A DNA stretch of 64,000 nucleotides from Octopus vulgaris (taxonomy: Eukaryota), in NCBI GenBank assembly GCA_951406725.2, contig OX597825.1, positions 38,812,001 to 38,876,000 of the forward strand, written 5' to 3'. A model generated the notes under the pieces. That model saw only the letters and a list, made by a program, of their open reading frames with translations, searched no databases and was not told the origin of the DNA. Shown here piece by piece: positions 27,578-43,800 of the stretch; the first letter of the stretch is position 1, and each line of letters begins with the position of its first letter. A program made the translations under genes and the position numbers.

Positions 27578-28147
27578 GTGTGTGTGTGTATGTGTGTGTG
27601 TGTGTGTATGTGTGTGTGCATTATGTGGTCGGAGAAGCTGAAAATATGCACACCTATGTTAAAAGTGCTGGCGAGTTTGCATGGCAACTATTTTTTCCTC
27701 AAATGAAAGGGATCTAAATGGGCATGGATGGGGATTAAAATTTACAGGAGGGGGTAATTTGAGGTGGGAAATTGATTGGGAGACGTTCTGTGGCGCTACA
27801 GTGGTTGCTTTGGTTTCAAAACTGGAATTTTATTGAATTTGGGTGACACTTGGTGGTCTAGATCGGACAAATTATGCCTGATTTCAATCAAATTTTCAAC
27901 ATGGTAAAGTGGAAGCGGATTTGCAATTTAAACGCGGAAATCTAATTTTCTTTATAAATGGCAGAGCGATGGATAGAGAAAGAGAAAGAGTAAGAGAAAG
28001 CGAGGGAAAGGAAGAGTATGACAGTGGGAAAATGAGAAAGGATAGAGAAACAAAGAGGGAGAATGTGGCGATAAGAAACAGAAAGGAAGCAACATAAAAT
28101 AACAACCACAACCTTACCCGCCCGTAGAGCGGGTCACCTTAAGCTAG
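26304..28147 (+). mobile_element. Non-autonomous Helitron family 2, copy 2 with internal duplication
   Basis: Starts TCTCTATATTATAAT; ends with hairpin acccgcccgtagagcgggt then CTAG at 28144-28147 and T; ~26425-26890 is repeated at ~26962-27440. Confidence 0.8.
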
Positions 28148-28283
28148 TATATATTATAATTTAGAACAAACACCAAGTACTATAATATCAACTTTGTGTT
28201 TGTTCTAAATTATAATATATATATATATATATTTATATATGTGTGTGTGTATGCATGTATGTATATATAAGTATATGTATATA

Positions 28284-28328
<45 letters not shown>

Positions 28329-28370
28329 TCATATATTTATATATACGTATGTGTATGTGTATATATGTAT

Positions 28371-28594
28371 TCTTTTATTCTGTCATTCTTTTACTCGTTT
28401 CAGTCACTTCACTGTGGCCATGCTGGAGCACAACATTTTGTCGAATAAATCGCCCGCAGGAATTATTCTTTGTAAGCCTAGTACTGGTTCTATCACCCCC
28501 TTTTGCCGAACCAACACACCAGCATCGGTTTCAAGCGATGGTGGTGGGAACAACCTCTGACACACAAATATATATACGTGTGTTTGTGTGTGTC

Positions 28595-28626
<32 letters not shown>

Positions 28627-29167
28627 GGAGTAGCTGCGTGGCAAGAAATTTGCTTCTCAACCACATGGTTCCGGGTTCCGTCCCATTGCGTGGTACCTTG
28701 GTCAAGTTTCTTCTGCTAGAGTCTCGTGCCGACCAAAGCCTTGTGAGTGGATTTGGTAGACGGAAGCTGAAAGAAGCCCGTTGTATATATATGTACATAT
28801 GTGTATGTATGTTTTTGTTGTTTGTGTCTGTGTTTGTGTCCCCACCATTGCTTGACTACCGATTTTGGTGTGGTTACGTCTCTCTCACTTCGTGGTTTGT
28901 CTTAAGAGACCCATAGAATAAGTCCTGGTGTCGATTTGTTCGACTTTAGGTGGTGCACCAGCATGGCCGCGGTCAAACGAGTGAAACAAATAAAAGCATA
29001 AAAGACTACACGACGGGCTTCTTTCTGTTTCCGTGAAGCAAATCCACTCTCAAGATTTTGATCAGTTCGAGGTCGGTAGATACTCTTCCTCAAGCTGCCA
29101 TGCGGTGGGACTGAATCCGAAACCCTCTGATTGGGAAGCAAGCCTCTTACTATATAGTCACACATGC
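28371..29167 (-). mobile_element. SINE family A host copy (3' half 28371-28560, head 29011-29167), split by a nested copy
   Basis: Both halves are on the minus strand in the correct order around the plus-strand insert. Confidence 0.75.
28626..29005 (+). mobile_element. Full-length SINE family A, nested antisense to its host
   Basis: Head aggagtagctgcgtggcaag..., internal microsatellite, tail ...gtgaaacaaataaaagcataaaag. Confidence 0.85.
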
Positions 29168-30379
29168 ATACATATAAGTATGTATATACGCGTGCAGGCA
29201 TATATGTATAGATTCATGCAACAAATACCACATGGGAATATGAATAAAATATTAAAATGAACATTTACCATCTTATAAATTGTACAAAATTAAACCTGTC
29301 TAACATAGTCAGCTTTAGAATTTCTAACAAAAAATAAGAATCACATAAAATAACACCATGAAAGATATCTAGCTTATCAATGTGTGTTCTTAGAAATGTA
29401 TAGCTCTTAAATAGAAGTGCAATAATAATAATTAAAAAAAAAAAAAAAAAAAATAATAATAATAATAATAATAACAACAACAACAACAACAATGATAATA
29501 ATATTATGATGATGATGATAAAGAAGAAGAAGAAAAACAAGAAGAAAAAGAATCACAACCATAATATGTATGTAGACATGCATGTGTATATGTTTGTGTG
29601 TTCCTATATATAAACAAGTGTATAAATGATATGTATACACGTTATGTATGCATGAATGTATGTATACTGCTGTCTATATACACCTACGCGTATGTAAACA
29701 TGTATACATTCATGAATTCACACACACACACACACACACATAGCTATGTAGGTATGCAATCATTTAAGCCATGCGAAAATATTGATGCTGTATATTTCCT
29801 GTCTAAAGACACCTATACTGTTAAACGCGAATTGTTTTTCATATTTATGTCGTTGTTGAGTAACTATACATGTGAATTAAAATAATATGCAGAAAATATA
29901 ATTTAAATATTTTATAGAATGAAGGAAGTAGTAGTAATAAATTTACAAGAATTCATGAAATTTATAGAAGAATAGCATAAGTATATCGCTCATCGCTTTT
30001 GTTATAGCCTTAAATATTACAAAAGCAAGTCGAAAATAAATTGAACGGTAGTGCAGGTGGTGATACGACGATGTATATGGTAGTGGTGGAGCTGGTTGTG
30101 GTAGTGTTTTTTGTGGTGGTGGTGGTGGTGATAGTGATGTATGATGAGGATGATAATGATAATGATGAGGAAGCTTAGGTTAAATATGTTATAGAGTAGT
30201 GTAGATGACAATGAAATTGTATATTCTTGTGCGTGATTATTGTTGTTCTTGTTAAAATTATCGATTCAATAAATATCAGTGAAGAACTAGGTCCGACTAA
30301 TATGCCCCCGTCAATATTGCTGTCATATACTACGTTCTCTCGATATCTAGTTTTAAGTCTGCTCATTTTAAGATCTTCT

Positions 30380-32740
30380 CGTTTTCCTTACCATTGGCTC
30401 ATTGATATGCTGGGCAAACTACATCGCTCAGCAGATCCCTTCTCACAGTACCTCTCACACCCAACGTTATGCCTGGCTTTGTCTGTTCAATAACTCTAAA
30501 CTTTCTGAATTACAAGAGTTTGACATTGTAGTTTCCTAGGACCTGTTCCGGTATTTACTGATCACATTTCTTTGTGGTTGGAATTTTATATATATGCATA
30601 AAGACCAAGGGTGTTGTAAACACTTTTATTGCGACGCCTTATATATCCACTCTCCGCAAGTATGTTACGTGTATTCGTGATGTATGTCACACCTTCCACA
30701 TTTTCTCCACATAACCTATACTTATTTCTTTCATCTGTGTTATACATATTGATTATCGAGTTTGTATTTATTGCTTTATCTTCAGCAGCCTCAGAAAAAC
30801 TTCCATGTTCTCATACGATCACTTTTTCTCACCATTCCTATAATGATTCTGTTTTTACTTCTTTCATCCATCTTTAGAATTGACCATGCAATTCGATATC
30901 TTCGTGCTCAGTTGCTTACCTACCAACCGCTCCCTTTAATTTTCTTTTCTTCCGCTATATTCACTATATAAGCCTTTGCTTTTGAAAGCATACCTTAAAA
31001 GTTCTTCTCTACTACCGCATTCACACAATATTTCACACTTATCAAGGCGGTGAGCTGGCAGAATCACTAGCACGCCGGGCAAAATGCTTTCCAGTATTTC
31101 GTCTGCCGCTACATTCTGAGTTCAAATTCCACCGAGGTCAACTTTGCCTTTCAACCCTTCGGGGTCGATAGATTAAGTACCAGTTACGTACTGAGGTCGA
31201 TCTGATCCACTTCCCTCGAAATTTCAGGCGTTGTGCTTGTAACAGAAATGAATATTTAACACTTATATGTCCTTGTCCACCTATCTGCCTTGGTGTATAT
31301 AGGCTTATAACGTTTGCTTTTGGATTCATTGCACCATTAGCAATTTTAAAAAAAATGCTAACCTAAACAACTTCTGTATCTCAGTTGCAAATTCAAAATT
31401 GCAGCACTATATCTATTAGCCTATACTTTCATTGTAGTAATCAAGTTATTCCCATTTCATTTCTTTTTCCGGAAACATCTGTAACTTGCTTTTGTCGGAT
31501 TTCTTTACATTTACTTTTGTCTTCTTATTTAGAATTTGACCAGCTCCAAAATGCAAATATTCTCCTCAGGATCACCAATCTCCTCAGGGTCACCAGTTGT
31601 CTTTCACTTAGGCAATGAAATCCCACTTCCACATACTCGCTTATCTCTCATCATAGTCAGTGTGGCACATTTTGCGAACCCAAACTCCATTCCAATATGT
31701 TTAGAGCATCAGAGAATCTTTTCAGCTATAATACTTGGATCGGATGTGGTCCAGGAGATTTCCAGTTTAGCATATTCCTAACTCGTTTTTAGACATCTTT
31801 TAACATGCTTTTCCCTCTCTATTTCGGTACATTAGATAACTCATCCTCAGCTTCTCTTAGCCATCTCGTATCCTTGTTATGTCCTTATGCAACCCTCCAT
31901 AAATGTGACCAAAATTGTGTAAGTTCTCAGTATTTGATACAACATTAAGATTACTGTGTTCTAAAGTACATCTTTGGATTTGCAGTGAGCAGTCTGTTGT
32001 GCTCGTATTGTTCTTTCTAATTCTATAGTACCAAACATGATTAGATTTTGCTTTGATTTACTATTTTACTTCTTGTATTAATTCCTTCAAAACTTTCAAT
32101 TATATTTTGTAACACATATCCATATGTCTTTTGTCTCCTACTTTGTCGAACCATCCATTTTACCTCAGCCTTTTCTGAGCTGAGTCTCCTCACCTTCCAA
32201 TTTTCTCTTCGACCCAGTTCCTTACATTTCTTCCTTTCTGTTTGCATGATACCATAACCGCCTCCCACCGTCAACCAGAAGACGTACAGCGCTAAGTAAC
32301 ATTCGCAAGTCGGTGATACCATTTGTTACTATAAACTTCATTGTATGGTTAACTTTTGCTGTTTCACATATACTATTTTCTCCATATTCTGAATATTTAG
32401 CAGTCTCTTCTTGGCCCTAAGATCACGAAAAATACCTTTAAACCTTTTGATATTTAATCTTGTTTCTTCCTCTTCCGTATGTTCATTCGAATTTCTAAAG
32501 ACCATATTATCATTCATTTGATATTCCACTCCCTTCTCATATAGTGATTCATCACTTACTGTATTATCAGCATCTTGGTTGGCAAATTTTTTCTTAGTTG
32601 TGTCATTTTCATTGGGAACTCTTTGTTTCCCACTTTACACACTAATCTCATCTAAGTTAGCTTCAATATTATTAACAGTGATGTTTTGTAATTCATCTTC
32701 TCTTATTCAACATTGGTGAACGAATTTCTGCGTCTATTTT
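30380..32740 (-). mobile_element. R4/Dong-like non-LTR retrotransposon relic, RT core deleted
   Basis: Minus-strand peptides QFWSHLW, SPGPHPIQVL*LKRF, SKHIGMEFGFAKCA, GAMNPKANVISLYTPRQIGGQGHISV, LAESGYIRRRN, PEQVLGNYNVKLL. Confidence 0.75.
31043..31250 (+). mobile_element. SINE family B, full length, with 16-bp target-site duplication
   Basis: aaggcggtgagctggcagaatc...gagttcaaattcc...gcctttcaacccttcggggtcgatagattaagtaccag (core resembles the Meta-domain from memory); flanks aatatttcacacttat (31027-31042) and aatatttaacacttat (31251-31266). Confidence 0.88.
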
Positions 32741-32809
32741 TTCTTATTCGTCCCATCAAATTGTACACATTAATTTTCAAACATTCCAAGCCTATTGCAA
32801 TGCTGAATA

Positions 32810-34370
32810 ATCCATAGCAACGGAAGGGATAACCCAATTACTGTGAAAGACAATTAACTGTAACGGACAAAAGAACGGCAAGTTTACCAAATTCTGGTTA
32901 AAATATTTAAATTGCATATATAGATGCTCGCAGTGAAGTTCAAACAAGAGAAAGCACCTGAATAGCTCATAGTAGGGGCAAGCATCCTAATTCCCCCAAA
33001 TAACTAAACCACAATCACACAAAACTGCAGACCCAAAATATGCCAATCCACGCAATAGAAATCCTTAATTGTAAAATTATCACACAGAGCGGACAGAGAT
33101 CGAGAATAAATCTGTCTGATTCCAGAAGAGAAATACAGATGCTCTGTTGAAAAGGTTCATATGGCACATACGACCAGTTATTGACCAAATAAGCATAACT
33201 GAGTGTGCCGAAAGAAAAAGAAGGACCTAAGCATGGTTTGCGCTAACTACCGCAATTCTTTTGTGAGAATCGCCTCACTCCCATACATATGCATATGGAC
33301 ACCTGGAATCTCTAGCCAATGAAACATAGCATTACAATACATAAAACACGTGATGACTAAATGGCAAACAGTTCTACAGCTACAGACAAAATACGCATTT
33401 ATGGCAATTAAAGCCTTATCTATCTGAAGTATCTTCCAGCTGGAAACATTGCTACATATAGTGCACGGATTCTTGAAAGATATTAATATGTGATTCGGCT
33501 TATAAAAATGTGCCAAGACAAAACTGAAAGGAGGAAAACTAAGCAAGGATAAAGATATCATATTAGATACAGAAAATGAAATGAGGACTAGATGAAATAA
33601 ATACTTAGGAATCAATTAACTAGATAGGGGACATCATACATAAATGAAAATAAAGATAAGGAAGGGATATTATAAACGAATTAGATTAGTACTTAAAACA
33701 AAGCTCAATGCAACTATAAAAAATATGATAGGTATCAATACTTTAGTTGTGTAAGTTATAATTTACAATTTCAATATTCTTAACTGAAGACTAAAGGATA
33801 TAGCGAAGCGAGACAAAAATAATGAAAAATAATGGCAGGATTAGAATACAACACACAAAATCTCATATAAATGGGGTATATATTGAATAAAGTGAAGGTG
33901 GTAGAAGCCTTATGCAACTAGAAAACTCCTACATTACATTCGTATCTAATTCAGAATCATGAAAAGCTGATACAAATAGCTGCGAAGCAAGAACAAAATT
34001 CAAACAAAAAGTTTCATCTGGCTGAAAAATACAAGGAATACGTTATAATACTTGGCAATTGTAAATAAAAAGAAATAACAAAAGATGTAATGCAACCAAA
34101 CTATAAGCTAAAGCTGTAAGTACAAAATGCTTTGATAGAAAGCTCGGTAAAAGAACACTTGCATGGCAAATTGTGGGATAAAGCAAACACAAAAGAGATA
34201 GTGAAGTCCTAATACTTGTTGAGAAGGGCAACTAACTAGAGACCACAAAACTCCCAAAACACATAATGGAGAAAACGTAGCTGCAAAATATAGAGTGTTC
34301 GGGAAGGAAACCAAATCATATTGTCTCTGGTGGACAGGTCTTGGTTATGAATACATATACCTACAGAGCT
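32810..34370 (+). mobile_element. R4/Dong-like non-LTR retrotransposon relic
   Basis: GASILIPPNN*TTITQNCRPKICQST (GRT.LIPK...NYRPITCL.T), SIFQ|LETLLHIVHGFLKDINM*FGL*KCA, KYLGI, LHGK-like motifs. Confidence 0.75.
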
Positions 34371-34459
34371 GCTTTCAGTCACGTAGAGAAGGCATTCGAT
34401 TAAAATAATAGTACTGAATGATGATGAAGATGATGGTGAAGATGATGATGATGATGATA

Positions 34460-35900
34460 ATCATACCAAAGAGCATGGACAGTGAGCTGCGGGAAGATGC
34501 ATCAAATCTGAAACAATCACGAAGCAGGAATTGGGAATACGCAAAAACAATGAAAGAGAAGTGTGTCTTAATGAACGCCATCTGAGAATGAAGCAGAACC
34601 TTTTAGGGAAGGCCCCTCGTTCGGCAGTGATTCAGTAAAGGTGCAGACTGACCACAACTGTTATCCTAATATAGCATCAACAGGTCATAGTGTAAGGAGG
34701 ATGTAATGGACCAGCGAAGAAAACAGGATAGCGATGCAGTGCTGCTTAGAAAGTGAACCTAAAAACAGGGGCTATAGAAAAGGGATGTTAAGACTTCGGG
34801 TAAAGAAATGTATGTATAAAGTGACTGCGCAGAGATAAGAAGATCAAACAAAGCCTATTAGTAAAATAAGATGGGTGACAGAAGTGAAGGTGGAAGAGAT
34901 CACAAGAGAACTGGAAAAGAAAGGCCATACAGTAGGAAAAACAAACAACAGCATAAGAAATACAGCTCAAACCAAAGAAAAATCTAAATGATAAAATAAT
35001 AATAGCGCCATCAATAAGGAAGGAGCAACTGGTACAAGTGGCTTAAGTGATTTAAGTGAGGAAGATCAGAAGATTTTAGATGAGTTGCAGGAAGTGATGA
35101 ATAAAGAAGGAAAGCGTTTGCCAGCATTAAAAGTCCTCAACAGAAGGATGCTGCTAGAAATGACTAAGAAAGCAAATTCTGTTATTATAGGATAGACACT
35201 AAAAATTTAGGAGACACTTACATATAGATCTACGCAGAAGGGATAGTAATCACTATAACATCAGATATCTCACAGGGATATATTAAAAAAGAGCAAATGT
35301 GGAAAAGGCAACTACAGAATAAAGTGAAAACATTTAAGACAAGATCTGAATAAAATAGAAGACTGGAAACGAAAAAAGTTAGGAAACACAAGATGCAAAT
35401 CTTCCCTTGAGAAAAGATACTTAGTCAAAAAGGAAGGATTTGAGACAGTAATAGAAGAGTTGAAACAGCATATCATAGCAGTACCAGGTGAGCTCTCTAG
35501 ATATCAAAAGAAGATTGATCAGTATCAAGAGAAAAGATTATTTGAGATAGATCAGAGGGACTTTATAACCGAAAAAATAGTGGAGAACGAAGTACTGAAG
35601 ATGAGAAACCTAATGCAGAATAAACTAGAAAGTTTTGAAGTAATATTTGAGATAAGCCAGTTAATCATAATGGAGATTTAGTTTGGTTAAAAAAAAATGA
35701 TGTAAGAAGTGGTGAGTGACTAACCAAAGCATTAATGAGTAAAGTGTTAGGTAAACGCCGAATTGGAAGGGCCCGGACCGGACTTAGTTGACGAAATTTA
35801 GTAGTTTTCATGGAAGGCTGAGAGAACAACTTCAGGAATGCCTTAATGGAGGAATAATACCAGATTGAGAGTAAAATACTCATTATGAAAGAGGGAGTAC
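34460..35900 (+). mobile_element. 5' half of an R4/Dong-like element
   Basis: CCLESEPKNRGYRKGMLRL (CY..S.P..RGYRKRM), ORF 35460 LSRYQKKIDQYQEKRLFEIDQR, then PNWK-GPD-like motif near 35760. Confidence 0.65.
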
Positions 35901-35929
35901 AATTCTTATTAAAAGCAAGCGTAATTATT

Positions 35930-36290
35930 GGTTGTTTCACTTAAACGATTTGAGCATCTCCCTTACTGGCTGACGATATGTGCTTCTCTGATTTTGACTA
36001 CGCGTAGTGGGGAGCACATAGCCATGTGGGATTTGAATAGTTCACCCCTGTAAACAGGTGTTTCCGTTTTATTCAGGGTCTATTGGTCTACTCGACCTGA
36101 AGAAAATTGAAACTAGATCTCATCTGCATAGCCATGCGCTGTTTATGTTGATATTACATCGCCATTTCACGCACATATGATTGTAATGCATAAGCCTAGT
36201 GTACCTTTATCATGATCGTTATATTGGGCTTCGTAAATTTGCACCCCAGCGTCACTTTGATATCACGAGCAATTATCTTACACAATGAGA
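35930..36290 (+). mobile_element. Unclassified interspersed repeat ending at a trinucleotide tract
   Basis: 36100-36290 is homologous to 49050-49245 (gctgtttat.ttgatat...tgtacc.ttatca...tgggcttcgta.attt.accccag.gtca). Confidence 0.6.
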
Positions 36291-38521
<2,231 letters not shown>

Positions 38522-39455
38522 GTGTACGCATTCAGTATATCATCAACTAATTTATCAATTAAAATAAAAAGAAATGTGTCTCTCTCGGAGGGACTGAGAA
38601 TACTGAAAACATACCGATTCAATAAAAAATGAAGAATTAATATCGATACAAAGAGATGTAAGACAAAAGACGCTTCCAGTGAAAATTGCAATTATGAAAA
38701 TTCAGAGATAACAAAGTAAATAACTCTAGTACATTTTATTCTTCACTTTGTTTCGGTCATTTGAAGGACCCCAGCTACTTACTGAAATATCGAATAATCA
38801 AGTGGCGAAACAAAAGATCATACTTGTTAAGCCCAATCACGTAACATTTAGATATTTATAATCTTTATTTCAGCTGAGTACATTAACTAAAATAGAAGCC
38901 TAATCGTGATCGCGTGTCAATATAAAAGAAGGAAACGAGACTGCACAAAAGCAAGATTCTTTCCATCTAAGCGACTGAATTGGTAACTGTCTTTCTAGAC
39001 ATTTATTGATTCACATATAAGAGGGTTCTTTCACCAATTTTCAAAATGAATTGCCTGTTTGTTTGATTTTATTGGTGGGTTGGGATAATGAAATGGGGGA
39101 CGTTAATGTTATTCTCAAGGACATTAGTGCCATTGTAGGATTTAAATGGTTTCTGAAATAAATAGAAATTTCATCGGACAAAATATATGTTCTATCAAAA
39201 GAAATGGATACACAGAGGTTACATTTCTCTCCCATACCTTCTCTTTCTCAGAAATATATATTCTTATGCCCCCACCTCTCTCTCTTTCTCTAACGCTCTT
39301 TCTTTCCCGCCCTTTCTCTCCCTGTCTGTCTAATTACACACAAACACACACATTCACGCACGCACTCGCACGCACACACATACAGAGACACAGGAACACA
39401 TAGTCACAAACATATGTATATGAATATATGAACTTATATGTATGTATGTATCATG

Positions 39456-39512
<57 letters not shown>

Positions 39513-39701
39513 ACTTGCATATGTGCGTATGCATTAGTATATGTATATATCAAAGTGCATGCACGCTCGCACACACACACGCACACACACATACAAACCT
39601 ATTCAACATTTTACATGATGTCGATGTAAGTTCCGGAGGCATGAACTCTTATTAGCATTTTCATATCACTAAATGTTCACCGTAGCATTTTCCCATTAAT
39701 A

Positions 39702-40753
39702 CGAGCTTGTTGAAAACCATAGTAACTAAATGAATTAAAGCAAAATAATAAAAGAACATGTTCGAGTGTGGACTACTAACTTTATTGGCTAAATATGAAA
39801 GCGTAAGGCTAGAGTTGTGGAAACATTCATGCATTAAATTCGATCCCTTCTGATCAATAACTGAATTGATTCACGGTTAAATGACATGTGATTGTTGACA
39901 AATTTCAAAGCTAACTAGTAGCAACTTGTCTTGAAATTGGACAACAATTGCTCGTATTCACCACATACTGTTGGATGAGAGGCGATTAACGATAAATCAA
40001 ATAGACAGTGCTATTAGCATATGCCACGAGAGAACAGAGAATACATATTTTCCACAATTCGTCAATTTTCCACAATTAATTAAACGCACACCAGACTGAT
40101 CACAACACAGGACAATCTGACATTGTTTGAGGCACAGTTAACTGTTTTCAATCAACGTTCCCTTAGCCACGATGCGTGTAGGATGCATCACGCTGAGCTA
40201 ATTACAAGGAGACAACCCATGCTGTGAAAACACTCGTCTTCATCTGCTGCAAGGTATTTTCACCTGCTGGGAAGTTGATGGCCTCAGGCTTTTGGGATAC
40301 AAAGGGTATTGTGTGTTATCAAATGGAAGACATCATCATTAGCGCTGTGCTAATGTGCTAAGGCAATTGCAGAAGGTTATCAAGATCACGCTCCCAGGAA
40401 ATCTGACGAAACGGGTCTTGTTTAAATGCTTCTTGTGCGTGAGTGTGGATTGGAACAAGTTGATCGCCCTCCCTATTCTCTTCATTTGGTTCCACTTGCT
40501 TATCATTTGTTCCTTAAGAAAAAAAAACACTTGTCTGGTAACCAGTATCGCAGTGGTGATGACGTCATATCTGTTGTTGATGACTTTTTCACCAACAGGA
40601 TGTTAGCTTCGCCAATAGTATCCAGGCACTGCAACACCGAAGGAAGAAGTGTGTGTACCACAAGGTCGGCTATGTTGAAAATGAAACCTCACTTGGTTAC
40701 GTTCCACGAGAGTATTTTTGTTAGCCGATAAGCGGAAAATTTTGAACTGGTGT
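39702..40753 (+). mobile_element. Decayed mariner transposon
   Basis: DERRLTINQIDSAISICHER, GKLMASGFWDTKGIV, RPPYSLHLVPLAYHLF (HPPYSPDLAPSDYHLF); begins TA-CGAG; TIRs heavily eroded. Confidence 0.8.
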
Positions 40754-40859
40754 ATAACGTGATCATGATACATGAGTACTTTATGGATAAACAGAAAGAT
40801 GCATAACGCAGAGTATGTCTTGGATAAAACCAAGCGATATAGCCAATTTACTAGTCCAG

Positions 40860-43800
40860 CTCTTCGCCATAGTTCGTGTGGTGACGGCAACAGTCTGGGA
40901 TTATCTCATTAAGTTATGCCGTCCGAAGAAAGAGACATTTTCCTGTTCAGGCCTTGAACAGGAAGATCACCAAGGCGGGCAGGTTGATGTTGAACCCAAA
41001 CTGGCAAACGCAGCTCTGGCTACCTGCATAGGGGAGCAGCATGGCAGGTGTGAAACATTGGCGGAAGAACTGTCAATCCATTCAACGGTAAGGTGCACAT
41101 GATTCTTGGAAGAGAAATCCGAAACTGATCAATGGCCAGGGTCAAACATTTCAGTCAGAGAAATTCTGCGATCATCAATAGACGTGGCTCACACTGATGA
41201 TTATACTGAGCTTTCGAAATACTAGTCCTGACAATAGATCATTCCGGAAACTCATACCGCATCGATCGTCGCGACCAGAGGCACCGGTTCTGGCCCCTGT
41301 GTTTGAAATTTATCAGACGCAAGCTTCCTGTTACAGTTTCGACTTTCACTGTAAGAACATTGAAATCTATGTCTCAAAAATCAGAACATGCTGCATTGGC
41401 TATCAGCTTTCCTATTGGCATCTTGTGCGTACAGGAACACTATCTCTTCCATGATGTTCATGATTTAAAGCATCATGAACTCGATAACAATTGGAATTTT
41501 GTGTCTGTATCTGTATGGACAAATTCTATTAATAGCATTCTGTTACTCAGCTCGCATGCTCTGAAATCACTAAACAGCATTGAGAAAATAACATCTAGAA
41601 TAATAGTAGCCAATTTTAACGGTAACCGTTCTACTGCTGCGTACAGCCTAAAAAATGTTAGCGATGAACAAGTGGTCATAAAGTTTTGCAATGATTTATC
41701 GTCTGTTTTATAATCTACACCAAAACACAAAATCCACATAATTGGCGGAGATATGAATGCACAATTAAGCTATGACAATCCCCATCATATATATTCGTTC
41801 CATCAAACTTCAAACAGAAGTGGAGAACATTTTGCACATTTATTGGTAGAAAACAAACTACAATGCCTGAACATTACTTTTAGAAGAGACCGGGAATACA
41901 GTGGACGCATACTTCCCCAATCGGATTTAAAACTCAGCTAGACTATCTTATGAACCAAAAGTGGATTAACAGCTGCCACAAATCTGAAGCATACAACACT
42001 CGCTTTGATGTATCATCTGACCATCGAGTGGACACATCTAAGCTGCAGGTAAGCTTCTGAGCAAACAAAATAAAAGGAACATCAATACCGACCTACAACT
42101 GGGCTATTCTGACGTGCAATGAGTATGTCCAAAATTACTTCACGATCAATCTCAGAAATCACTACGATGCGTTAAAAGATGCGAACGAAGATCACACACC
42201 AACCACAACATATCTCAACTTCATTCAAGCTCATTCTGAGGCTGCTGAAAAATGCCTTCCTTTGAGACCGAAGGTGAAACGAAGAGCCTCCTGGGAAAGC
42301 GACACAGTACTCGCTAAAATAACTAACATAAAGAAAATAATATAAACAGCACAACAGGAATCCTACGAGAAGAAATAAAAATAGTAAAATGAAGAAGCTG
42401 AAAGAAATTAATGTATTATATCAGACAGAAAAGCCAACTCGACAAAATCAAAAAGCGCAGAAGACAGCAAACAGTCGTCTTTGGCGTGGCAGATGAAAGA
42501 ACTCCCCCAAAGAGAGGTTGAAAGACCATTTTCAAAACCTTCTTGGGAAATCACCGAATACATCAAACCAGCGGATCCCTCTTATTGTTGAGGAGGTCCT
42601 GCATACTTTCGATAGAAGAGCTTGAAGTCGTAGTGAAGAAGACTATAAATCGAAAGGCTGCAGAATTGGATGACATCCCACCCCCCTGAAGTCTGGAAAA
42701 TTTCAATGACACTCTTCACAAATCGTGTAAATCATTATATCATCAAAGCGAGATAAAACTCAAGACAGAAGGTTGTATTCTACGTTTCCCACCAAAACGC
42801 GATCTGGGCTTTGCAGTAAACTACAGAGGAATTACATTAACAGCAATTGCAGCGAAGATTTACAATGCATTGCTACTCAATCGAATCCAACCTAAATTTG
42901 AAAGAGTTCTTAGGCAAGATCAAAATGGAATCAAGAAGAGCCGCTCTACATCTGGTAAAATTTTGACAGTTAGAAGGGTATTGGATGGAGTACGAGCCAA
43001 ATACATTTATGCAGTTCTGTTCTTTGTTGATTTCTCCAAGATCTTTGTCTCTGTACACAAACAGAGATAAGATGGCAGAAATCCATAGGGCATATGGAAT
43101 CCCTGATGAAACAATAAATGCAACAACGATGCTGTATAAAATCACTCGTGCAGTGACCAGATAGAGATAGTGATTTCTTCCATGTTTGTGCAGGAGTACT
43201 GCAGGGTGACACACTAGCTCCTTGCTTGTTCATCCTGTGTCTCAATTATGTGTTGCGTACCTCAATAGATCAACACAATGATCTGGGTTTCACTTTACAG
43301 AAGTCTAGAGGCAGTAGATACCTGGCCACCTTTTTGTGTTATCTTCGCAGATAACACAAAAGATGCTGAATAGTAACTCCATCTCCAGGAAAGTGCTGCC
43401 GCTAACATACATCTATATGTGAATAAAAAGAAGACTGAGTTTGTCGCCCTGAATACAACAGGTGAGGTCAGGACTCTCAAACAAAAGCCCTTGAAAAAAA
43501 TCAATAGGGAGCAATATCGTGTCCACTAGAAAACGTTAAATCATGCGTTGCTAAGGCTTGGGCAGCTATAGTCTGTTTTAGAACAATATGGAAGTCAAAC
43601 CTACTTGATAAATTGAAGAGACAGTTCTTCAAAGCAGTTGTTGATTCTGTGCTTGTATATGGATCTCCGACTTGGACTTTCACCAAGAGACTCGGGGTGC
43701 ATGCGGGACGATACCTACATTAGAATGCTACGTGCAGTGCTCATCATCTCTTGGAGGGAGAAGCGAAAAAGAAAAAAAAAACGGTTATATAGGAATGTAG

